Shown piece by piece: positions 23,818 through 31,199 of a stretch of DNA of 64,000 bases. This DNA comes from a bacterium (GTDB lineage Bacteria > Electryoneota > RPQS01). A model generated the notes under the pieces. That model saw nothing but the letters and a program-made list of their open reading frames with translations, made no database searches and had not been told where the DNA came from. The stretch lies in the NCBI GenBank assembly GCA_016703065.1, contig JADJCU010000002.1, positions 142,797 through 206,796 on the forward strand, read 5' to 3'. Position 1 is the first letter of the stretch; each line of letters opens with the position of its first letter. A program made the position numbers and the translations under genes.

Positions 23818-24393
23818 TTATTCTGTCTTACCGGCGGTGCTATCGGCAACTTCCGGTACGTGGTGTACGATCTTGTCGTAGGCTTCCTTGAAGTTGAAGC
23901 CCTTGAAGGTCGGCGACTTTTCGTTATGGCACTTGGTGCAGGTGGCTTCTGTCGGGATGATCATCCCGGCCGCCAGCGACGCTTCGCGGCTTTCCATGAC
24001 CTTCTTCGACTTGTAGTTCGAGCCCGGTCCGTGGCAGGCTTCGCAACCGACGCTGCCGAGGGCTTCGGCATTGTGCATCGTGGTGTCTGCACCAAAGCCG
24101 CTGGGGGTACCGTAGCCGGTGGTATGGCAGGCTAAACACTCGGCGTTATTCTGCTCGCCCTTGGCAACTAACGATTCCATGGACTTGGCGTGCTTGGTCT
24201 CAAGCCAGCCTTCCCAGATATTGCCGTTCTTTTCGCCCTTGTGACACATCTTGCACTTACCGGAGCCGATGTAGGCCGGATCACCGGTCGGGGCTGCATC
24301 TTCAGCGTAGACGGACAATGCCGAGAGGGCAAAGCCAAACACAATCAATGCACCGAGGATCTTTGAACTAGTTCTGCTCATTGCTCTTTCCAT
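23818..24393 (-). CDS. Small tetraheme cytochrome c (cytochrome c554-like family)
   Basis: 191 aa with a signal peptide. Four CxxCH motifs (CKMCH, CLACHTTGYG, CEACHGPGS, CTKCH). First gene of the minus-strand operon. Confidence 0.8.
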   Translation of the reverse strand: MERAMSRTSSKILGALIVFGFALSALSVYAEDAAPTGDPAYIGSGKCKMCHKGEKNGNIWEGWLETKHAKSMESLVAKGEQNNAECLACHTTGYGTPSGFGADTTMHNAEALGSVGCEACHGPGSNYKSKKVMESREASLAAGMIIPTEATCTKCHNEKSPTFKGFNFKEAYDKIVHHVPEVADSTAGKTE

Positions 24394-24408
24394 TTAGCTG
24401 GGTGTGGG

Positions 24409-24440
24409 AGTGCCGTGAAACTGTTCAATAGCACGGCACT
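24409..24440 (-). promoter_or_regulatory. Inverted repeat / leader hairpin immediately upstream of the minus-strand cytochrome operon
   Basis: AGTGCCGTG-N14-CACGGCACT, 16 nt upstream of the start codon at 24393. A second small inverted repeat, GTGAC-gaaa-GTCAC, lies at 24486-24499. A TATAAT on the minus strand lies at 24523-24528. Confidence 0.35.
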
Positions 24441-24897
24441 GACTGTTATTTTGCGATCAGTTCTGCGTCGCACATAATTCCCCGCGTGACGAAAGTCACA
24501 GATGTCGTGGTGGCGGGGTGAGATTATACCCACTTTTCGGCCTTCACGACTCGGACAATATAGCAGTTACACCCACAAATAGCAACCGAGGTTTCCGGGT
24601 TATCCCTTTGCAAAATATGATATTCGGGGTCTAATTAAAGGGTCAATTGGGCCTAATTCAGCGGACAAATTTATCCAATTTCGACCGATTGTCGGCCAGA
24701 AACGGTGAATATTGAAGCAGATAGGGTCGGAGTCTGGGGACGAGTGAGCAAGGGGTAGCGGCGGCTCAGCGATATGTGAGATTAGCACTGATTAGCGTGA
24801 CAGGATCACAACTCTCGGTGATAAGGAGGAAAGGCGAATTTTGGGGAGCAGGTCCAGCGCCAGACCGGACGCGCAGGACATCCTCTTCAAGCAAAGA

Positions 24898-24930
24898 GAA
24901 CGGGCCGCAGGAACATCCTGCGGCCCGTTC
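24898..24930 (-). terminator. Rho-independent terminator of the T9SS/vWA cargo gene
   Basis: Perfect 14-bp stem GAACGGGCCGCAGG-N5-CCTGCGGCCCGTTC, followed on the minus strand by TCTTTGCTT. Confidence 0.75.
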
Positions 24931-24954
24931 AGGCAATACAACAGACGGACAGGA

Positions 24955-27231
24955 TTACTTCAGCAGGAGCATCTTCTTCTGTAGGACAGACTCGCCAGAG
25001 GTCAGTCGATAGAAGTAGAGACCGCTGGGTAGACCCGCAGCGTCAAACTGAACCGCATGACGGCCTGCGCCGAGTGTTCCATTCACCAAGGTCGCAACTT
25101 CCTGGCCGACCGCGTTGAAAATGGACAGCTTCACGAAGCCCATTTCAATCAAGTCGAACGAGATGCTGGTTTCCGGGTTGAACGGATTCGGGTAGTTCTG
25201 GTACAGAGCGAGTTCGGTTACGACCTCAGCGCCAGCGCGCGGAGCGGACTCGAGTTCGCCTGCCCTTTCGCGCACACCGTCAATGCTAACGCTGACGAGT
25301 TCGTAACGATAGACACGACCGTTTACGAGACCATTGTCGACGTAGGAGTAGGTCGAGCCGGACGACGAATTCGTAGCGGAGATCTGCGCGGTGAGCACGC
25401 CATCGCGAAGCAGTTCAAAACGGTCGTTATCGGTTTCGGACGCGGTGCTCCAGTTCAACTGGATTTCGCTATCACGCGGAACAGCGGAGAACGAGGCCAT
25501 CTCAACCGACAGATAGCGCTCGAAGCAGATGCAGACGCAGCCATCCGTGCCGGGGATCAAGATGTTGTGCCAGCAGGAGTCACCCCAGAGGGTCCAACCG
25601 GTTTCACTGAAGAGGAACTGAGCCGGCTCGCAGTCTTCCGAGCAATCGTCAGTCATGCAGCCGGGGGTGATATGCAGTACGGGGTAGTCGCCCGCAATCA
25701 AACCCGTGCCGCAGACGAAGATATCAACCAACTGACCGGCGCAGAGGTAGGCACACTGGCAGCCGGGCGGAAGGCGATCGTTATCTTCGTAGATGTAGAT
25801 TTCACGGTCACCATCACACGAGTCGCAGTCGGGAACTTCAATGACGATATCCAGGAAGTTCGGCGGGCAATTGTCGCTGGTCACTGTGACAGTCAGGATT
25901 AAATTCCCACCATCGGAGTCGGGTGTCAAGAAGATGTCAAAGAACGGCGAGATGGTCTGGCCAATGGCGATATTGCCAAGAGCGACCGGGTTTGCCGAGG
26001 TGACATTAGCTGCACCGGCGTCGCCGCCGATGTTCGTGAGTTCCAAGACGGCGTTCAAGCACTCGGCCGTTCCGTCGTTGAAAACGTCAATGCTTACGGT
26101 GAAGTTCGGCGTGGTGATACCACTGCCATCCGGATTACAGCGCAACGTTGCGCCAGCGGAAGAGAGACGCAGTTCACCCTGACCGCAGTCGCTGATAATC
26201 TGGTTGATCGCGCCGCCCGTGCCGGCCCCGTTCGGAGCAACGATGCGCAGGCTTCCCGCCGTAGTCGCCGCATAGTCGGACAGAGCAGGGAGGACGATAC
26301 CGGGGCCCGCATTGCCCGGAGTCGGGACGTAGACAGAGCTAATGCGGATTCCGAGGCCAGCTGCATCAAGAGCACGCTGGTGAGCATTGACGAGATCGGA
26401 CGCATCATGGGCATCATCGCATCCGCCGGGAGCGGCGTCGGTAATCAAGACGATGATCTTCGCGGCAGCGACACGGAAGGGTGACGTGAAGTCGGCAGCA
26501 ACACACTGGCCATCCATCGTGATGATCTCACGGAGGGCTTCGTCGGACGCTTCGGGCAGGTTTGCGCCACCGCTCGCGACCAATCCGGCGATAGTCGCTT
26601 GCACGGCTGCCGTATTAAAGGTCAAGTCATGTAGGCCATAGACCTGATCGTCAAAAGTAACGAGTCCGATGCGCAGGTCGCCTGCAGCGGAGTTGTTTGC
26701 CAGCGCAATAATATTGGGCAAGCTCGCTACGATGTTGGCCAGGGCACCGCCCATGGAGCCGGTAATGTCAACGGCGAAGACGAGGTCGATGGGTCCGCAA
26801 TCACCCGGGGCCGGACATTCATCCGCGCACGTCACGCCGGGTGTCCACTCGCCGCCCAAGGTGAAGAGGCAAGTCGGCTCGTTCAGACCGGAAATGCACG
26901 CGGATTCACCATTGCTGAAATAGCAGCAACGGCCGGTTGGGCAGGGATCTTCTTCGCAGGAGGCATTGGGTTCCCATGTGCCATTAAGGTCTTCGCAGGC
27001 GCTCTCCCCGGTGTCGGCGCAGCCGGGTCCGGTAGCTGACGCATAGCAGCATCGGCCGGCCGGGCAAGGTTGAACGTCGAGGACGAATTCACCGCAGCCG
27101 GCAAGCCCTTCGACGGTCACGTAGATTGTGCCTTCGGCAAGATACAAGCACTCGCAACGCGCGTTTGGATACCCAGCGCCGTCATCGTTTGTGCAAATAT
27201 CGTTCGTGCAGCACTCGTAGCCGATGAACAT
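24955..27231 (-). CDS. T9SS-sorted secreted protein with Cys-rich modules and a vWA domain (C-terminal part of a frame-split gene)
   Basis: 758 aa. Two GRCCY...C...G.W.P...C...CP repeats. vWA MIDAS-like motif VFAVDITGSMGG. An FN3-like module (VEMASFSAVP...LNWSTASE). T9SS CTD (YQNYPNPFNPETSISF...LLLK). Confidence 0.85.
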   Translation of the reverse strand: MFIGYECCTNDICTNDDGAGYPNARCECLYLAEGTIYVTVEGLAGCGEFVLDVQPCPAGRCCYASATGPGCADTGESACEDLNGTWEPNASCEEDPCPTGRCCYFSNGESACISGLNEPTCLFTLGGEWTPGVTCADECPAPGDCGPIDLVFAVDITGSMGGALANIVASLPNIIALANNSAAGDLRIGLVTFDDQVYGLHDLTFNTAAVQATIAGLVASGGANLPEASDEALREIITMDGQCVAADFTSPFRVAAAKIIVLITDAAPGGCDDAHDASDLVNAHQRALDAAGLGIRISSVYVPTPGNAGPGIVLPALSDYAATTAGSLRIVAPNGAGTGGAINQIISDCGQGELRLSSAGATLRCNPDGSGITTPNFTVSIDVFNDGTAECLNAVLELTNIGGDAGAANVTSANPVALGNIAIGQTISPFFDIFLTPDSDGGNLILTVTVTSDNCPPNFLDIVIEVPDCDSCDGDREIYIYEDNDRLPPGCQCAYLCAGQLVDIFVCGTGLIAGDYPVLHITPGCMTDDCSEDCEPAQFLFSETGWTLWGDSCWHNILIPGTDGCVCICFERYLSVEMASFSAVPRDSEIQLNWSTASETDNDRFELLRDGVLTAQISATNSSSGSTYSYVDNGLVNGRVYRYELVSVSIDGVRERAGELESAPRAGAEVVTELALYQNYPNPFNPETSISFDLIEMGFVKLSIFNAVGQEVATLVNGTLGAGRHAVQFDAAGLPSGLYFYRLTSGESVLQKKMLLLK

Positions 27232-28136
27232 AAAGGGGTCAAGTTGAAGTCCGTGATGCTGCAGGTCACAGTCCAGAGGCCCGCATAGGGAATCTGCACG
27301 GCGACGACGCGGTCTTCACCGTCCCACAGATCGCACTCGCGCCCGGAGCCGCAATTGGTGGACGTCAGACTGCCCGGAGCGGTCAGGCCGGCCTCCGCAC
27401 AGGGCGCATTGCAGTCGAAGATGGACAGCACGTAGCTTCCTACAGAGTTGCTCCAACCGTCGACGACGACGTAGATCGACTGACCTTCAATGAGGTCGAT
27501 GCAGGCGACAGTGGATTGCGTGGTAGGCGTACCAGAGCACGCCGCATCATCGTTACCGCAGATGTAATCGTCAGGGTAGGTCGGAGCTTCAGCATCGGTT
27601 ACGTTCCAGAGCGACAGTTCGGTATCAAAACTCGAACCGCACAGGCTGAAGGTGAACGACGTAGAATACGGGGCAGTCCAGCGGTAGACGACATCCGGCG
27701 CAACTGCACTATTCGTGTAATGAAATCCCTGATAGCAGGATGGATCCGTGACGTGAGGTACGTTGTCAGCGGCCTCGGCCGTCGAACCGCTTTCGAGTCT
27801 TCTGCCCATGTGTGATCCAAGGTCCACGGCGTCCGACCAGGTTTCACCGCCTTGATCAAGTGACGCATCGAGTTCAACCGTACGGCCAGACTCTGCCAAC
27901 AGGCCATTGAACTCGCTGGTCAAGGCCTCAGGTACGAGTCCGGATTGCTTGGCCGCAGTGATCTGGGCGAACAGGTCGGCCAAACGGAGCTCGCGTTCGG
28001 CTTGCTGGCGCAAGAGGGCCTGCTTCTCGGCGGTCACCGTCTGGTCAAAGTTCTTTAGGGCGGCGAATACCTGCATGGCACACACCGCCAGAATACAACA
28101 CAACAACATCATTCTTTTCATGAACTCTCTCCTCAA
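27117..28136 (-). CDS. N-terminal part (signal peptide + Cys-rich module) of the same T9SS cargo gene, separated by a frameshift near 27232-27238
   Basis: 339 aa with the signal peptide MKRMMLLCCILAVCAMQVFA. The module SLCGSSFDTELSLW...YICGNDDAACSG...YVVVDGWSNSVGSYVLSI is paralogous to the 28549 gene. It reads through in-frame into FIGYECCTNDICTNDDGAGYP once a 1-nt shift is allowed. Confidence 0.75.
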   Translation of the reverse strand: MRREFMKRMMLLCCILAVCAMQVFAALKNFDQTVTAEKQALLRQQAERELRLADLFAQITAAKQSGLVPEALTSEFNGLLAESGRTVELDASLDQGGETWSDAVDLGSHMGRRLESGSTAEAADNVPHVTDPSCYQGFHYTNSAVAPDVVYRWTAPYSTSFTFSLCGSSFDTELSLWNVTDAEAPTYPDDYICGNDDAACSGTPTTQSTVACIDLIEGQSIYVVVDGWSNSVGSYVLSIFDCNAPCAEAGLTAPGSLTSTNCGSGRECDLWDGEDRVVAVQIPYAGLWTVTCSITDFNLTPLCSSATSAARTIFAQTMTALGIQTRVASACILPKAQST

Positions 28137-28548
28137 TTAGAGCATAGTTGATTTCATCCGTTTTGGATTCGCACGTAATATAGGGACGGATGCGTGCGAA
28201 AAGCGAAAAATTGACAACATATGTCAACAATTGTTCATATTGACCGCGAATCAATTAGTATAGTAAGTATATGAAAGGGATTGAGTTTTATGCGAGATAG
28301 CCAGTCGGCGCCTGTATTGTGGGTCTGAATTGTTGCAGAGGCCTCTTACGGAGCGGCGGATCGGGCGAATGTGTAATAGCATACAGACGCGACGGATCGA
28401 CACGAGCGAAGCTACTAACTATATGCGATGGCGAGCTCAGGAGACCCCGTCAGATTTCTTAGCGCGGACGTTGAGGTTTCAAGACAAATGAGTGCGAGTT
28501 ATATTTCGGCCATGATTAGTCAAACTAAATCGTAACGGAGGATAGATT

Positions 28549-30837
28549 ATGTGTAGAATTGCGACAATCTGTTTAGCTCTTTGCATGATCGTCGGCGTAA
28601 GCATGGCAAGTGTGAAGACCGATCCAGTAACGGGCACGGTATCTACTGGGCGTATGCCGGAGCAGTCGATCTTGACACTTGGCGAATGGGGCCTGCAGGC
28701 CATGGCCGGGGATTCGGAGCTTGAGGCGTTGTATGCGGAAGCGTATGCTCGCAAGGAAGCAGGTCAGGATGCTACGGAGATATGGGCGCGGATTAACGCT
28801 CTTGTGAACGAGGATAGAGGCCGCAACGAGTCCAGACTCGACGAGGGCGGCGAAGATTGCGCGTCGGCCGTTGTGATTACGAGCTTGCCGTTTTGTGATA
28901 CCGGTAACACTTCGGACAACGCGAACGACTACATTCCGCCGGCAGGAGTGAATTGCAGCAGCGCGCCTCCGGCAGGCGCGGGCAGGGACGTTGTGTATCA
29001 GTACACTCCGACGGTGACTGAAGTCGTGAGTGTTTCGCTGTGCGGCTCGACCTTTGATACGTTTCTGCACATTTATCGGAATTGTCCGGGGAGCGAAAAT
29101 GCCGAGCTTATTTGCTGCAATGACGACAATGTCGGTTGCGGACCGAACAGCCTCCGGAGCTGCTGTCCTGAGGTTGTGCTGATTCCCGGAGCGACGTATT
29201 ACATCGTTGTTGACGGATGGCGCGAGAACAGCAGCGGCGACTACGAGATTTCGATCAAATACGATTTGACCTGCACGCCGTGTCCGTGCGTGACCTGCCC
29301 GGCCGACGCCTATCACAGCACGGAACCGGATTGCGTGAACGGTTACTCTGACGAGACTAATGGCGGGTGTGTACCGGGTACGCCCGGTTTCTTTGAGCCG
29401 TTGCCGTGCAACATAACGCTTTGTGCCACGGGCGGCCGGTATTTCGTGAATGATGTTGCCCTTAACGATGTCGACTACTACACGTTGAATGTCGGACCCG
29501 AAGGTGACAGCCTGTCTTTGCATTTACGACCCGGTGCGGCCGGCGATTGGGCGATGTGGCGAGTCGTCGAGGGGCCGATCTGCTCTGGAAATGTTCAATC
29601 TATCTTCGGGATGAACTTCGCGGCCTGTCAGGATCGGTTCTTTTCGGCTTGTCTGACACCGGGTGAATATGTGATCGGCGTGTTGTTGAGCGGTAACATT
29701 CCGTGCGGGACGCCGTATACGATTGATATCCAGTGCTTGAACTGCCCGGAGCGGTGCTGTTATCGTACGGAAGACGGCCCGGCGTGTGCAGAAGATTGGA
29801 CGCGCGAAGAGTGTGCGGCCGTGGAAGGTCTGTGGCAGCCCGGTTTGACGTGTGATGACTGCTGCCCGACGGATTTCTGTCAGGATTTCATTCAGATTCC
29901 GGGCGTCTACGAGTATACGAATACAGCGAACAGCTGCTGCAGCGCTCCGGTCAGTTTCTGCGTAGGCCTTGATGGTTGCGATCATGGGACGTGCTACGCA
30001 GCTTACCGCGCAGTCATCTATCAGTTCACGATTGAGGATGATGCGATCATGACCTTGACCGCCAGCGGACCGGGTGATAATCAGATCATGGTGTTTACCG
30101 ATTGCGCCGATCCGACGGCCTCGTGTGTCGCCGCGCTCGACGCAGGCGTACTTGGCGGCCCAGAGACTATTACGGATCTGTCGCTTCCGGCCGGGACGTA
30201 TTATGTCGCCACATCGCACTACCTCTGGAGTCAATTCGTCTGCGGCGAGATTACGCTTCATATAATTAGCGACACACCGTTGCCCGTGGAGCTGGCGAGT
30301 TTCGCGGCGACACCGCTTAACGGCGCGCTTGAGTTGAACTGGTCGACCGGATCAGAGCAGAACAGCAGCCACTTCAATGTGCTTCGCGACGACGTGAAGA
30401 TGACTGAAGTTGCGGCGACGAACAGCCCGTCCGGTTCGAGCTACAGCTGGACAGACACGCCGCTTGAAAACGGCCGGTCGTATCATTACGCGTTGGTGGC
30501 CGTCGACCTGAATGGTCATGAGAGCATTGTCGCCGAGACGGATGCCTCGCCGTCCGCCGACGGTGCGGTTGCGACCGAGTTCGCGCTGTACCAGAACTAC
30601 CCGAATCCGTTTAACCCGGAGACGCAGATCGCGTTTGATCTGCCAACCGAGACGGTGGCCCGTCTGATCGTTACGAACGCACTCGGTCAGCAGGTCGCGA
30701 CTTTGGTCGATGGAACACTGGTATCGGGCCATCATACGGTGACTTTCGACGGTTCATTGTTGCCCTCCGGTCTGTACTTCTACCATTTGCAAGCGGGTCA
30801 TTTCTCTACGGTTCAGAAGATGATTCTGCTGAAGTAA
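28549..30837 (+). CDS. T9SS-sorted secreted Cys-rich protein (paralogous module architecture)
   Basis: 762 aa. Contains SLCGSTFDTFLHIY...LICCNDDNVGCG...YYIVVDGWRENSSGDYEISI, a CPERCCY motif, an FN3-like VELASFAATP...LNWSTGSE module, and the CTD YQNYPNPFNPETQIAF...MILLK. Confidence 0.85.
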   Translation: MCRIATICLALCMIVGVSMASVKTDPVTGTVSTGRMPEQSILTLGEWGLQAMAGDSELEALYAEAYARKEAGQDATEIWARINALVNEDRGRNESRLDEGGEDCASAVVITSLPFCDTGNTSDNANDYIPPAGVNCSSAPPAGAGRDVVYQYTPTVTEVVSVSLCGSTFDTFLHIYRNCPGSENAELICCNDDNVGCGPNSLRSCCPEVVLIPGATYYIVVDGWRENSSGDYEISIKYDLTCTPCPCVTCPADAYHSTEPDCVNGYSDETNGGCVPGTPGFFEPLPCNITLCATGGRYFVNDVALNDVDYYTLNVGPEGDSLSLHLRPGAAGDWAMWRVVEGPICSGNVQSIFGMNFAACQDRFFSACLTPGEYVIGVLLSGNIPCGTPYTIDIQCLNCPERCCYRTEDGPACAEDWTREECAAVEGLWQPGLTCDDCCPTDFCQDFIQIPGVYEYTNTANSCCSAPVSFCVGLDGCDHGTCYAAYRAVIYQFTIEDDAIMTLTASGPGDNQIMVFTDCADPTASCVAALDAGVLGGPETITDLSLPAGTYYVATSHYLWSQFVCGEITLHIISDTPLPVELASFAATPLNGALELNWSTGSEQNSSHFNVLRDDVKMTEVAATNSPSGSSYSWTDTPLENGRSYHYALVAVDLNGHESIVAETDASPSADGAVATEFALYQNYPNPFNPETQIAFDLPTETVARLIVTNALGQQVATLVDGTLVSGHHTVTFDGSLLPSGLYFYHLQAGHFSTVQKMILLK

Positions 30838-30860
30838 GAGCGGCAGAAATCAGGTAGGTC

Positions 30861-30893
30861 GAACGGGTCCCGTGAGGGACCCGTTCGCGTTTG
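30861..30893 (+). terminator. Rho-independent terminator
   Basis: GAACGGGTCCC-gtga-GGGACCCGTTC followed by GCGTTTGG. Confidence 0.7.
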
Positions 30894-31199
30894 GGGCGTT
30901 AGCTGGGGAGGGTCGATAACCGTCAACATGCCTCTTGTTAGAGCAGACTAGGGGGCAGGTCCTCGACCCTCGGTCAGAGCACTAAAGATATGAATATGTT
31001 AAAGATGACTCTGACGGGGCGGACCAGATATCAAAGGACATTGAGGGATTAGGCAACCTGATCGAAGGAGCTGTGCAGATGCTAACATATTTTCGCAGGG
31101 TGCAGGCTATTGTCTTCCGTGAAATAATGCGATACCTTGTGCAAACGTGGATATGCCACGATGAAATGATCTTGGAACCCCAATTGAAAGGTCAGAAAC

